Shown piece after piece: positions 10,462 through 20,786 of a DNA stretch of 64,000 nt (position 1 is the first letter of the stretch; every line of letters starts with the position of its first letter). The stretch comes from Candidatus Latescibacterota bacterium (GTDB lineage Bacteria; Latescibacterota; UBA2968): assembly GCA_965207885.1 (NCBI GenBank), contig OZ242311.1, forward strand, positions 1,280,001 through 1,344,000, given 5' to 3'. The notes under the pieces are model-generated. The model saw only the letters and a program-made list of their open reading frames with translations. It searched no databases and had not been told where the DNA came from. A program made the position numbers and the translations under genes.

Positions 10462-10926
10462 CTATTTCAAAATATCCAAATCCAAAATTTTCTGTACATC
10501 GGCCTTCACTTGTGCGGGCACGCGAAACCGATAGCTCTTTCGTTGAGAAATGAGTTCCAAATCCCGCTCGGTACGCCACACATATCTCGAAAAACGCTGC
10601 CAGGGCATATAGCGCATACCCATCATCAATCCGCGCGCACTCATGGTCACGCGAATGGTAGCATACGCGATATAAAAAAATTCGAGAGAAAGCAAAAAAC
10701 CGAATAATTGCGGCACAAATCCCACGCCATCTGAGATCGCGGCTCCCCGAAACAGCACAATACCCCCCGTCACAATCAAAAGCACATCCCATCGCTTCTG
10801 CAAAAAAACCACCACAGGCTCTTGTGCATTGGACACATGACGTCGCAATCGCCAATACGCCACAATAGACGCGCCCAATAAAATGGGAGCGAGAATCAAC
10901 ACGATTTGTATAAGTGTCAAAGGCAT
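10462..10926 (-). CDS. Hypothetical membrane protein (about 3 TM segments plus a small beta-rich domain)
   Basis: Tightly packed in the operon, with hydrophobic segments. Confidence 0.6.
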   Translation of the reverse strand: MPLTLIQIVLILAPILLGASIVAYWRLRRHVSNAQEPVVVFLQKRWDVLLIVTGGIVLFRGAAISDGVGFVPQLFGFLLSLEFFYIAYATIRVTMSARGLMMGMRYMPWQRFSRYVWRTERDLELISQRKSYRFRVPAQVKADVQKILDLDILK

Positions 10927-10927
10927 G

Positions 10928-11689
10928 TTACGATTTCGACGCCAGATAAATGGTTGCAATCCCAAAGCTCAACCGAACCGCCTGTATATCGGCAAATCCC
11001 GCATCGAATAACCGCCCGCAAAAATCGGCACCTTCGGGAAAATGCATCACAGATTCATACAAATAGCGGTAGGCATTCGGGTCGCGGGAGATCATGTGTC
11101 CAATACGAGGCAAAATACGCTGAAAATAAAAATTGTAAAGGCCGCGGAACACAGGGGTTCGCGGCCTTGAAAACTCCAGCACAGCCACGCGCCCACCCAC
11201 CTTGAGCACGCGGCACATCTCGCTCAGGGCCGTTTCCAACTCGGCCACGTTGCGAATGCCAAATCCGATTGTCACGCCGTCAAATGTCCCCTCACAAAAG
11301 GGGAGACTCTCCCCATCGCCACACAAAAACGCGACCGGATTTGCTCGCGACTCATTTTTTTTTGTACCCTCACGCAACATCGGCACCGAAGGATCGACGC
11401 CGATCACCTGAATATCGCCAGCGCGCTTGCCGCATTCAAACCCCAAATCGCCCGTGCCCGTAGCCAGGTCCAAAATTCGCCAGTTCGGCCCAGGTTGCAA
11501 TCGGTCAATCGTCTTTTTTCGCCACAAAATATCAATGCCCAGGCTCAACAGGTGGTTGAGCAAATCGTATCTGCGGGCAATCCCGTCAAACATCTGCCGC
11601 ACAAAAGCGCGCTTGGCTTCTGGTTTGAGCAACACATCGCGCGCAATACCCGCAGGGGCTTTAGGGCTATCCCTGTGCTCACCTCTCAT
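10928..11689 (-). CDS. menG: Demethylmenaquinone/ubiquinone C-methyltransferase
   Basis: MFDGIARRYDLLNHLLSLG, LDLATGTGD, FGIRNV, RVLKVGG and AYRYLYES. Confidence 0.92.
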   Translation of the reverse strand: MRGEHRDSPKAPAGIARDVLLKPEAKRAFVRQMFDGIARRYDLLNHLLSLGIDILWRKKTIDRLQPGPNWRILDLATGTGDLGFECGKRAGDIQVIGVDPSVPMLREGTKKNESRANPVAFLCGDGESLPFCEGTFDGVTIGFGIRNVAELETALSEMCRVLKVGGRVAVLEFSRPRTPVFRGLYNFYFQRILPRIGHMISRDPNAYRYLYESVMHFPEGADFCGRLFDAGFADIQAVRLSFGIATIYLASKS

Positions 11690-12557
11690 TTTTTGTGCCG
11701 ACCCGTTTGACAACGACATTTTTCATCACATCGGTCGGTGGCTCAACACCCGTCCAGATCGCAAAAGACCGCGCCCCTTGAAAGACCAGCATATCCAGCC
11801 CTCCAAAAGCAGACGCACCAACCGATTGAAACGCGCGCATCAACTGCGTTTCCAGTGGATTGAACACCGTATCGTAGAGCACCAGATCCGGATGGACAGC
11901 GCGCACATCGTCAAGAGGCGAGGCATTGACCTCGGGATACATCCCCAGCGAAGTGGTATTCACAACCACACCCGCATCGGCAAACGCCCTGCATTGCGCA
12001 TCGACATCCAGCGCACCCACATCCATTTTTGTGCCCGTTATTCTTTCCATATCCACTGCCAGAGCCTCGGCTCGCTCGACCGTGCGATTCAAAATCGACA
12101 CCCGCTGCACCCCATCTTGCGTCCCCAGCGCATACGTCACAGCGCGGGCAGCCCCACCAGCACCAAGCACCACGCAATGCGCGGGAAATGCTTCAATCCC
12201 CGCAATATCGCGCAATGCCGTCAAGACGCCATAGACATCCGTATTGTATCCGACCAGCTCATCGTCTTCACGCGAAATGGTATTAACCGCACCCACAGCC
12301 AGCGCTTCTTCTGAAATGCGATCCAGATGTTCCATCACCGCCAGCTTGTGCGGAATAGTCACATTTAACCCGCGAATATTCAGTCCGCGCAACCCCTTCA
12401 TCGCCTCGCCCACGCGGTCGGGCAACACGTGAAAAGCCACATAACAATAATCCACATCTAATGCGGCGATTGCGGCATTGTGCATATCGGGAGAAAACGA
12501 ATGAGCCACCGGGTCGCCAATAACGCCCAGCACCTGACTTGTTGCGCGAATATTCAT
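11679..12557 (-). CDS. aroE: Shikimate dehydrogenase
   Basis: GDPVAHSFSP, NVTIPHK, GAVNT, NTDVYG, GAGGAA and MLVFQG. Confidence 0.95.
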   Translation of the reverse strand: MNIRATSQVLGVIGDPVAHSFSPDMHNAAIAALDVDYCYVAFHVLPDRVGEAMKGLRGLNIRGLNVTIPHKLAVMEHLDRISEEALAVGAVNTISREDDELVGYNTDVYGVLTALRDIAGIEAFPAHCVVLGAGGAARAVTYALGTQDGVQRVSILNRTVERAEALAVDMERITGTKMDVGALDVDAQCRAFADAGVVVNTTSLGMYPEVNASPLDDVRAVHPDLVLYDTVFNPLETQLMRAFQSVGASAFGGLDMLVFQGARSFAIWTGVEPPTDVMKNVVVKRVGTKNER

Positions 12558-12712
12558 CAAGACCTTCGACTGCCATCCAGCAAATCATTTACAAACTCGT
12601 CAGCAATATCAAAACTTTCCTTCCACGAGCAGTTGTATGTATAGCGTATAAATGCCACACCGCCCAGGATCATCAAAATCGCAAATAGCGCGAGCTTAAA
12701 AAGTATCTTCAT
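12557..12712 (-). CDS. Small 51-aa single-pass membrane protein MKILFKLALFAILMILGGVAFIRYTYNCSWKESFDIADEFVNDLLDGSRRS
   Basis: Below ORF-track cutoff. GAGGTG RBS, ATGA overlap with the upstream gene stop and TGATG overlap with the aroE start. Confidence 0.75.
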   Translation of the reverse strand: MKILFKLALFAILMILGGVAFIRYTYNCSWKESFDIADEFVNDLLDGSRRS

Positions 12713-13368
12713 ATTTTCACCTCTTTTGGTTGAACAACAGTAGATAAACAGGCAAATAACCCGGCGAAATCACGACACATATCACCCGTATTTGACACCC
12801 GGGTTTCGCCCTCGGCTACCAATCCCGCCAGAGTAAAGGTCAATCCCGTGAGGGCATCGCCGCCAGCATCGACCTCTATACCCTCAAGGCGCACAGGTCC
12901 CTGCACCACCAGACCATCGGGCATTTCGCCTGCCTTAGCCCCCATTTGACGCAAATTTTGAATCGTCAGTGATAGGCGGTCAACCTCTCCCTGGCGCAAA
13001 CCCTCTCCATCTCGAATAACCGTTTCGCCCGCGGCTTGCGTGCCCATCACAGCGAGAAAAGGCACTTCACGAATAAATAGATCGGTTTGCTCGCCCCCTA
13101 TACGCGTGCGCCGCAATTCAGACCCCTGGACTTTAATCGTACGCGTCACCTTAGACTTTGATCGCGTCACCTGAATGTCCAATTGTGCATTCAACCGCCG
13201 CAACAAATCCAATGCGCGGCGGGTCTTCCAATCGTCGCCCACGCAGTGAAGGGTTAAATCCGACTGCGATAACATCGCCGCAGCGCCGAGCAAATAAAGC
13301 GTGGTCTCAGGATCCCCTGGAACATCGCACTCACCAATAAGCCCACGCGCTTCCTTTACCTCATACAT
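12709..13368 (-). CDS. Half-size (219 aa) EPSP synthase-like protein, single lobe, catalytic residues degenerate
   Basis: GECDVPGD, GETVIRDGEGLRQGEVDRL, LRQMGA..E.PDGLVVQG and AGLVAEGET match the AroA C-terminal lobe. Confidence 0.8.
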   Translation of the reverse strand: MYEVKEARGLIGECDVPGDPETTLYLLGAAAMLSQSDLTLHCVGDDWKTRRALDLLRRLNAQLDIQVTRSKSKVTRTIKVQGSELRRTRIGGEQTDLFIREVPFLAVMGTQAAGETVIRDGEGLRQGEVDRLSLTIQNLRQMGAKAGEMPDGLVVQGPVRLEGIEVDAGGDALTGLTFTLAGLVAEGETRVSNTGDMCRDFAGLFACLSTVVQPKEVKI

Positions 13369-13378
13369 ACTTACCCCT

Positions 13379-14488
13379 CTAACGCAACCGCACTTGATAA
13401 CCCGCATCTCGCAAAATATCGACAGACCGATCGGCTTCCTCCTGCTGCCCAAACCCCATCCGAATCGTCCCCCCTTCGCCTTCGCGCACCTTCAGGACTT
13501 CAATATCTTCAATATTAATTCCTTCGGCAGATAAACGCGAGGCAACATCGGCAATCACACCGGGTTTGTCTTCCACCACCAGCAAAATTTCGTGAAGCGG
13601 ATGCAAAAACCCCTTGGAATCTCTGGGAATCTCTCCGCGAATGCGATTCGCATAGTCAAAATCTTCTGATAGTGCCTCTCGATCCACCTTCTCTCGTATC
13701 GCCACAAGCGCGTCGAGATACGCATTGATCATCTCTCGAATAGGACCGGCATTGGTCTGACAAATATCTCGCCACATCGCAAACGGACTGGAGGCAATGC
13801 GCGTCAAGTCGCGGAACCCACCCGCCGCCATTTGCAGGGGAAGGCCATCGGCCTCATTGAGCCTGCCCACCAATCCCACGAGCGTGGTAGCCATCATCTG
13901 CGGCAAATGGCTCACCGTCGCCGCGACCCGATCATGCGTCTCTGCCTCCATGCGCATAGAACGCGCACCAATGCATTGCACCAGTGCTGCAAGCGCATCC
14001 ACAGTTTCGTCGGAAACACCGCTTGCGGGCGTAAGCACATAAAGCGCGTTTTCAAACAAAAAGGGATCGGCAGCACCCACACCGCTCTTTTCCGACCCCG
14101 CCATGGGATGCCCGCCCACAAAATGCACATCTTCACGCGCAACCTGTTCTGCACATGCGACAATCGCGCCCTTCGTACTGCCCACATCTGTAATAATACA
14201 ACCCGGCGAGGCCGCTTTCACGACCGAGGGTAATTGCTCCAGAATACGCACAATGGGCGAACACAAAAATACCAGATCTGACCGCTTTACGCCATTGTCC
14301 ATCGCGTCGTATCCATAACCACTGTCAATCACATCGAGCGCACGGGCCTCTCGCAGGGTCTCCGCGCGGCTAATACCAATAATCTCGCGCCCAATACCCA
14401 GTCGCTTAAACGCCAGCCCCAGCGACCCGCCAATCAACCCCACACCCACAATGGCAATCGCGGCATCTGTAAACGGAGGATCGTTCAT
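13379..14488 (-). CDS. tyrA: Prephenate/arogenate dehydrogenase with C-terminal ACT domain
   Basis: GVGLIGGS, DVGSTK, GGHPMAGSE, HD..ATVSHLPQ, GFRDLTRIASS and ACT motif DKPGVIA. Confidence 0.93.
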   Translation of the reverse strand: MNDPPFTDAAIAIVGVGLIGGSLGLAFKRLGIGREIIGISRAETLREARALDVIDSGYGYDAMDNGVKRSDLVFLCSPIVRILEQLPSVVKAASPGCIITDVGSTKGAIVACAEQVAREDVHFVGGHPMAGSEKSGVGAADPFLFENALYVLTPASGVSDETVDALAALVQCIGARSMRMEAETHDRVAATVSHLPQMMATTLVGLVGRLNEADGLPLQMAAGGFRDLTRIASSPFAMWRDICQTNAGPIREMINAYLDALVAIREKVDREALSEDFDYANRIRGEIPRDSKGFLHPLHEILLVVEDKPGVIADVASRLSAEGINIEDIEVLKVREGEGGTIRMGFGQQEEADRSVDILRDAGYQVRLR

Positions 14489-14515
14489 ACAAATAACCTG
14501 ATACGATATAAAATA

Positions 14516-15541
14516 CTAAACCAGACCCGCCAGATCCTTCACAAAAATTTCCGTATCTTCCCATCCCAGGCACGGGTCGGTAATCGACTTCCCAAATATC
14601 CCCTCTTCGGGTTTTTGCGCGCCCTCTTCCAGATAACTCTCCACCATCAACCCGCGCACCACATTGTGAAGCAGCGCGGAATGGCGGCGGCTGCGCATCA
14701 CCTCCAGACCAATGCGCGGCTGTTCGGAAAACGTTTTATCTGAATTATTGTGATTGGTATCCACAATAATCGTCGGATTGCCCAACTTGCGCGTAAGATA
14801 TTGCTCGGCAACATGCATCAAATCTTCGTAGTGATAATTGGGGATGCTTCGCCCATTATACGACATCCCGCGCAACACCGCATGCGTCAGCGGATTGCCC
14901 GACGTACTGACTTCCCAGCCATTGTGAAAAAATACATGCGGCATTTGCGCGGCATAAATGGCATTGAACATCACATCCAGATCGCCACCCGTTGGATTTT
15001 TCATGCCCGCGGGCACATCGACACCGCTAATGGTCAGGCGATGATTCTGATTTTCAACAGACCGCGCCCCCACGGCAATATAACTCAGCAAATCCTCTAC
15101 ATAAGGCAAATTCGAAGGGTAGAGCATCTCATCGGCAGCCGTCAAATGCGACTCGCGAAAAGCGCGAATCTGCATCTGCCGAATGGTCTTAATCCCAACA
15201 ACCATATCGGGCATACCTTTGGGATCGGGCTGATGGGCCATGCCCTTATACCCTTCGCCAGTCGTGCGCGGCTTATTGGTATAAATCCTCGGCACGAGCA
15301 CCAATTTGTCCATCACCTGCTCTTGAAGCTGTGCCAGGCGATTTACATATTCACACACCGCATCGACATTGTGAGCCGAGCAAGGACCAATAACCAACAA
15401 AAACTTATCGCTCTTGCGCTCAAAAATAGCCCGAATCTCGGCATCGCGTTCTTCTTTCTTAGACTTTAAATCATCGGGCAGTGGCAAAACATCCCGGATC
15501 TCTTCTGCACTCGGAATGGGCTGAATCCGTTTGAAACTCAT
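14516..15541 (-). CDS. DAHP synthase, class I-alpha (AroF/G/H type)
   Basis: IGPCSAH, KPRTTG.GYKG, VGARS, GMKNPTGG, DTNHNN and KSITDPCLGW. Confidence 0.93.
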   Translation of the reverse strand: MSFKRIQPIPSAEEIRDVLPLPDDLKSKKEERDAEIRAIFERKSDKFLLVIGPCSAHNVDAVCEYVNRLAQLQEQVMDKLVLVPRIYTNKPRTTGEGYKGMAHQPDPKGMPDMVVGIKTIRQMQIRAFRESHLTAADEMLYPSNLPYVEDLLSYIAVGARSVENQNHRLTISGVDVPAGMKNPTGGDLDVMFNAIYAAQMPHVFFHNGWEVSTSGNPLTHAVLRGMSYNGRSIPNYHYEDLMHVAEQYLTRKLGNPTIIVDTNHNNSDKTFSEQPRIGLEVMRSRRHSALLHNVVRGLMVESYLEEGAQKPEEGIFGKSITDPCLGWEDTEIFVKDLAGLV

Positions 15542-15556
15542 AATAGTACCTTTTTT

Positions 15557-15838
15557 TTAAGACTCTGAATCTGAGTGATCTTCTTCCAACCGCAGTGACT
15601 CATCGATAATCTGTCTAAAAATGCGTTGCGCTGCTTCGTGACTCAAAGGACCGCCATTCAATTCGCGAATGCGGTTGAGGATCAGGGTTTCTCGTTCGGG
15701 GACATGAAAGGGCAAACCCTCGGCACGCTTAATTTTTCCCACAGACAGAGCATACCGAGCACGCTCATTGAGCAACTCGAGAATCTGATCATCTAAGGCA
15801 TCAATTTTCTCGCGCCAGAAATCCAGATCCCTCTCCAT
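15557..15838 (-). CDS. Monofunctional chorismate mutase (AroQ class)
   Basis: REKIDALDDQILELLNERA..GKIK..PERE..IFRQII. Confidence 0.9.
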   Translation of the reverse strand: MERDLDFWREKIDALDDQILELLNERARYALSVGKIKRAEGLPFHVPERETLILNRIRELNGGPLSHEAAQRIFRQIIDESLRLEEDHSDSES

Positions 15839-15841
15839 AAC

Positions 15842-16645
15842 CTACACACCCTCTCTCAAAGGGCCGACCAAAGACCCGACAAACGCCCCCACCTTTGCAA
15901 CCAGATCGGCCTCGTGTTGGTACTCGCCAATGCGGCGCACAATCGCGCTACCAACCACAACCGCATCGGCATATCGCGCAATTTCCGATACATGCTCGGG
16001 CGTTGAAATACCAAACCCAACGGCAATGGGCATATCTGTGTGCTGGCATATCGCAGACACCTTGCTTTGAATTTCATCAGCCAGAGAATCGCGCTCTCCC
16101 GTCACCCCGGTGCGCGACACATAATAGATAAAACCTCTGGTATGCGATGCAATCAGCTTCATCCGATCATCGCGCGTGGTAGGCGTCACGAGAAAAACCG
16201 TATCCAGCCCATGCACATCCATCTGCGCTTTGTAATCGCCGCCCTCTTCCGGAGGCAGATCCAGCATCAGAACACCATCCACCCCCACATCTGCAGCGCG
16301 TTTTACAAAGCGCTCCACACCGTAGCGATGAATCGGATTATAATACGTAAACAGCACAATGGGGATTTCGGTCTCCATCCGCACATCTGCAACCATAGAC
16401 AACACGCCCTCGAGCGTTGCGCCGGCGGCCAAAGCGCGTTGTGACGCCTCCTGAATCACGGGACCATCGGCCAGAGGATCTGAAAAGGGAACACCCAGTT
16501 CCAGGACATCCACACCTCGCCGATCCAGTTCCAACACCACCTGATGCGTGGTATTTAAGTCTGGATCACCCGCCGTAATATACGCGACAAAGCCCGTTCT
16601 GTCCGCTTTTCTCAAGTCTTCAAACCGCTGACCAATCCGCATCAT
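15842..16645 (-). CDS. trpA: Tryptophan synthase alpha chain
   Basis: [31 protein letters not shown] and VGFGIS. ATGA overlap with trpB. Confidence 0.97.
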   Translation of the reverse strand: MMRIGQRFEDLRKADRTGFVAYITAGDPDLNTTHQVVLELDRRGVDVLELGVPFSDPLADGPVIQEASQRALAAGATLEGVLSMVADVRMETEIPIVLFTYYNPIHRYGVERFVKRAADVGVDGVLMLDLPPEEGGDYKAQMDVHGLDTVFLVTPTTRDDRMKLIASHTRGFIYYVSRTGVTGERDSLADEIQSKVSAICQHTDMPIAVGFGISTPEHVSEIARYADAVVVGSAIVRRIGEYQHEADLVAKVGAFVGSLVGPLREGV

Positions 16646-17847
16646 CTCACTCCTTCGATAAACCGCGCCGCTTGCTGCACATCTTTGTCCCCGCGTCCCG
16701 ATAAATTGACCACCACAGTCTGATCTCGACTCATCTCGGGTGCCAACTTGCAAACATGGGCAATAGCGTGTGAACTCTCCAAAGCGGGAATAATCCCTTC
16801 GGTATGACTGAGCAACTCAAAAGCACTGAGTGCTTCCTCATCCGTCGCATACGTATAAGTCGTGCGCGCCATATCTCGCAAATAACAATGCTCTGGCCCC
16901 ACGCCCGAATAATCGAGACCAGCCGACACCGAATGCGTCAATGCGATTTGCCCATCATCATCTTGCAACACATAGATGCGCGCACCGTGCAAAACCCCCA
17001 AATCGCCGCCATTAAACCGCGCAGCGTGCTCGCCAGACTCAATACCGTGCCCTCCAGCCTCCACACCGATCATCTGGACATCGGTATCATCTAAGAAAGC
17101 GTGAAACAACCCAATAGAATTGCTACCCCCGCCCACACAGGCGACGAGTACATCGGGCAATCGGCCTTCTCTGTCTAAAATTTGAGCACGGGCTTCAACG
17201 CCAATAACCCGCTGAAAATCGCGCACGATCATCGGATACGGATGCGGTCCCAAAACCGAACCAAAAATGTAAAACGTATCCTCCACATTGGTCACCCAGT
17301 CGCGGATGGCCTCATTAATCGCATCCTTCAGGGTTTTGCTACCCGAATGGACACCCGTAACTTTCGCTCCCAGGAGCCGCATGCGAAACACATTGAGCGC
17401 TTGCCGTTCCATATCTTCAACACCCATGTAAATTTCGCATTTGAGACCGAACATCGCAGCCACAGTTGCCGTTGCCACGCCGTGTTGTCCGGCACCAGTC
17501 TCGGCAATAATCCGCGTTTTGCCCATTCGGTTGGCGAGCAAAATCTGCCCCATGGCGTGATTGATCTTATGCGCCCCCGTATGGGCTAGGTCTTCGCGCT
17601 TGAGATAAATTTTAGGACCGCCGAGTTCTTCTGTCAACCGGTCGGCAAAATAAAGCGGCGTGGGCCGCCCGACATACTCGCCCAAATATCGATCCAGTTC
17701 AGCCCAAAACCCGGGGTCGCGCTTTGCCTCCCGATAAGCCGCCTCAAGGTCTTCCAACAGCGCCATAAGCGTCTCGGGCACATATTGCCCACCATAAGGT
17801 CCAAAATGTCCGCGCGCATCGGGCAAATCACTCGCGTTTACAGCCAT
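16642..17847 (-). CDS. trpB: Tryptophan synthase beta chain
   Basis: [37 protein letters not shown] and NLSGRGDKD. Confidence 0.98.
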   Translation of the reverse strand: MAVNASDLPDARGHFGPYGGQYVPETLMALLEDLEAAYREAKRDPGFWAELDRYLGEYVGRPTPLYFADRLTEELGGPKIYLKREDLAHTGAHKINHAMGQILLANRMGKTRIIAETGAGQHGVATATVAAMFGLKCEIYMGVEDMERQALNVFRMRLLGAKVTGVHSGSKTLKDAINEAIRDWVTNVEDTFYIFGSVLGPHPYPMIVRDFQRVIGVEARAQILDREGRLPDVLVACVGGGSNSIGLFHAFLDDTDVQMIGVEAGGHGIESGEHAARFNGGDLGVLHGARIYVLQDDDGQIALTHSVSAGLDYSGVGPEHCYLRDMARTTYTYATDEEALSAFELLSHTEGIIPALESSHAIAHVCKLAPEMSRDQTVVVNLSGRGDKDVQQAARFIEGVR

Positions 17848-17860
17848 ATTGTATATCCTC

Positions 17861-18838
17861 TTAAATATCCCCAACGACTTGGTCGTAAAATGCCAGATAC
17901 CGATCGCAGTCATCACCATCGAGCAATGCCATTGCCTCGCGGGGATGCTGGTTGTGCTGACCCGTGATATTATAGGGCACCAGAGGTCCCCACATCATTT
18001 CGCGGCGCAACTTGACAAAATGCTCTTCCAGCAACTTATAGACGGGACGGATCTTAAACTTGGGATTCCGCAAAAAACCGAGCAACAATTCCATGGGACA
18101 ATTGCCCGCACCGCGACCCAATCCATCCACAGTAGCATCGACCCGATTGGCCCCCAAAATAATGGCCTCAATAGTATTGGCAAATGCCAGTTGCTGGTTA
18201 TTGTGCGCGTGAATACCCACCTCTTTACCCGAACCCTTGGTCGCCTCCATGTATTTTCGCACCAGCATATCGACCTGCTCGCGATACAGCGCACCGAAAC
18301 TATCCACCACGCAAATCGTGCCCACAGGGGTTTCCATCAGCACCTCTAACGCCTGATCAATCTCGACATCTTGCACCTTCGAAATCGCCATAATATTACA
18401 ACTCGTTTCATACCCCTTCTCGTGGGCATCGAGCAACATTTCGACAGTCTCGGGAATCTGCTCGACATAACACGCCACGCGCACCATATCGACCACGCTC
18501 TCGCTGGATGGCAGAATATCTTCGGCCCAATCGCTCTTGCCCGCATCCGCCATAATTGCGAGTTTCATCCCCGTCGCTTCGGGATCGTGATCCCCGGTAA
18601 TTTTGCGAATATCCTCTTCATCGCTGTGGCGGAACGCACCAAAATCTCTTTTGGGGAACATCTCTTTAGAGTTTCGGTAACCAATTTCCATATAATCAAC
18701 ACCCGCCGCGACACATGTTTCATACACGGCCTTCACAAAATCATCATCAAAATGATGGTCATTCATCAAACCGCCATCGCGGATCGTACAATCGAGTACC
18801 TTGAGTTCCGGACGGTAGGTAATCCAGGGTGCTTTCAT
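17861..18838 (-). CDS. DRE-TIM metallolyase (4-hydroxy-2-oxovalerate aldolase-like catalytic domain)
   Basis: [28 protein letters not shown] and GLGRGAGN. Confidence 0.85.
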   Translation of the reverse strand: MKAPWITYRPELKVLDCTIRDGGLMNDHHFDDDFVKAVYETCVAAGVDYMEIGYRNSKEMFPKRDFGAFRHSDEEDIRKITGDHDPEATGMKLAIMADAGKSDWAEDILPSSESVVDMVRVACYVEQIPETVEMLLDAHEKGYETSCNIMAISKVQDVEIDQALEVLMETPVGTICVVDSFGALYREQVDMLVRKYMEATKGSGKEVGIHAHNNQQLAFANTIEAIILGANRVDATVDGLGRGAGNCPMELLLGFLRNPKFKIRPVYKLLEEHFVKLRREMMWGPLVPYNITGQHNQHPREAMALLDGDDCDRYLAFYDQVVGDI

Positions 18839-18896
18839 AAAAAATCCTTCCTTTGGAATTAAGTAGTTAGTGAAAAATCTACATGCACCTGCACAA

Positions 18897-20159
18897 TCAC
18901 GCCGACCACCTCACCAAAAAGTAGCGGCGTTTGCCGCGGCGTATCACCAGATATTTTCCAGCCAGTCTTTCAGACGGCTTTAAGACATGACTCATATCTG
19001 TACAGCGTTCTCCATTAATATAAATAGCGCCGGTCCTGATATCTTCGCGCGCCTGTCGCCTGGACGACGAAATCCGCGCATCCACGAGCAAATCTATCAA
19101 GACCACTTCATCAACACCTTTGAGCGTGTAAGACGGCACATCGCTAAACCCTTCTGCGATCTCCTGTTCATTCAAATCCCGCAAATTGCCGTAAAACAGC
19201 GCCTCGGAAATATGCACGGCGCGATCTTTTGCGGCTGCACCGTGGATAAAAGTCGTCACCTCTTCGGCCAGCACGCGCTGCGCCTCGCGCTTCTCGGGTC
19301 GCGCCTCCACCTCTCGTTCCAATTCCTCTATGCGTTCGCGGCTCAAAAAAGTGAACAACTTCAAAAATTTCACCACATCGCGATCCGCTGCATTCACCCA
19401 AAACTGATAAAATTGATAGGGCGATGTCTTCTCGGGATCGAGCCATAACGTACCCGTCTCGGTCTTGCCAAACTTTGTCCCATCCGATTTTTCCAGCAAC
19501 GGGAAAGTCAACCCATACACAGTCTTATTGAGCACGCGCCGACACAACTCTATGCCCGCTGTAATATTGCCCCACTGATCGCTACCCCCGATCTGAAGCT
19601 CACAGCCATACTTTCTGTTCAACGCCATAAAATCATACGCCTGCAAAACCATATAACTAAATTCGGTAAACGAAATCCCGGTTGAAAGACGCGACGACAC
19701 CGACTCTTTGCCCAGCATATATCCCATTGAAAAGTGTTTGCCCACATCGCGCAAAAATTCAATCGTACGCAACTCCGAAAGCCAGGTATAATTGCTCACC
19801 ATCAGCGCCGGATTGTCCCTGGTCTCAAAATCCAGATACTTTTCCAATTGCGCGCGCTGGCACTCCGTATATGCCTGCACTACCTCCAGTGAATTCAACT
19901 GTCGCTCTTCTGCTTTCCCACTCGGATCGCCGATCAATCCCGTGCCCCCGCCCACGAGTGCAATGGGCTTGTGCCCCGCATCCTGAAAGCGACGCAATCC
20001 CATAATGGGAACCAGACTGCCCGCATGCAGACTATCGGCTGTGGGGTCAAATCCGCAATACAACGTCATCTGCCCCTCTGCCAAACGCCTGCGGAGCTTA
20101 TCCTCATCTGTCATCTGAAAAATATAGCCACGAAATGCCAAATCGTCTAACACATCCAC
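18897..20159 (-). CDS. tyrS: Tyrosine--tRNA ligase
   Basis: YCGFDPTADSLHAG, QIGGSDQWGN, KFGKT and C-terminal S4 domain. Confidence 0.97.
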   Translation of the reverse strand: MDVLDDLAFRGYIFQMTDEDKLRRRLAEGQMTLYCGFDPTADSLHAGSLVPIMGLRRFQDAGHKPIALVGGGTGLIGDPSGKAEERQLNSLEVVQAYTECQRAQLEKYLDFETRDNPALMVSNYTWLSELRTIEFLRDVGKHFSMGYMLGKESVSSRLSTGISFTEFSYMVLQAYDFMALNRKYGCELQIGGSDQWGNITAGIELCRRVLNKTVYGLTFPLLEKSDGTKFGKTETGTLWLDPEKTSPYQFYQFWVNAADRDVVKFLKLFTFLSRERIEELEREVEARPEKREAQRVLAEEVTTFIHGAAAKDRAVHISEALFYGNLRDLNEQEIAEGFSDVPSYTLKGVDEVVLIDLLVDARISSSRRQAREDIRTGAIYINGERCTDMSHVLKPSERLAGKYLVIRRGKRRYFLVRWSA

Positions 20160-20180
20160 GTTTTTATCTCCATATTCATA

Positions 20181-20786
20181 TCACGCCTTTGCGCGCGCCA
20201 AAAAATCTCGTACTTTTTTGTAATCCTTCTTCCCCGGCTCGGCTTCTACGCCACTACTCGTATCCACCGCATAGGGACCAACTCGCTCAATCGCCTCCTG
20301 AACATTATCCGGATTTAACCCACCAGCAAGAATAATGCGCCCATACTCTTTTGCCTCCACCGCCTTTGTCCAGTCAAATATCTCCCCCGTACCGCCGTAA
20401 AAACCCGCTCTCTCTGTATCCAATAAGAATGTATTGACCAGATACGACCCCATCGTCTGCACATCAAAATCGCGTCCCACGCGAAGCGCGCGAATCACCG
20501 GCACCGCATGCCCCAGACATGCTTCGGGAGGCTCATCCCCGTGCAATTGAATCGCCCGAAGCCCCGCCAACTTCACGGCAACGTCAATCTCTCGTTCCGA
20601 TGCATTCACAAACACCCCTACGGGAGTCACAAATGGCGGCAAATCAAAAACAATTTCTCCGGCTTTCTCGGGCGCAATATAGCGAAGGCTCTTCTCGTAA
20701 AAATTAAACCCCAGGGCATCTGCACCGTGATCAACCGCACACAACGCATCATCCCGATTTGTAACACCGCAAATTTTAGCTCGCAT
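20181..20786 (-). CDS. trpF: Phosphoribosylanthranilate isomerase
   Basis: KICG, QLHGDE, GGTG, LAGGL and DTSSGVE. Confidence 0.96.
   Translation of the reverse strand: MRAKICGVTNRDDALCAVDHGADALGFNFYEKSLRYIAPEKAGEIVFDLPPFVTPVGVFVNASEREIDVAVKLAGLRAIQLHGDEPPEACLGHAVPVIRALRVGRDFDVQTMGSYLVNTFLLDTERAGFYGGTGEIFDWTKAVEAKEYGRIILAGGLNPDNVQEAIERVGPYAVDTSSGVEAEPGKKDYKKVRDFLARAKA

Noticed and set aside
12709-13452. aroA as a frameshifted pseudogene with the missing lobe in another frame
   Set aside because: Only 10 nt separate the tyrA stop from the ATG at 13368, so there is no room for the missing ~220 codons. The ORF is continuous.
20160-20180. T-box riboswitch before tyrS (or argS)
   Set aside because: The gaps are only about 21-25 nt, too short for a T-box leader.
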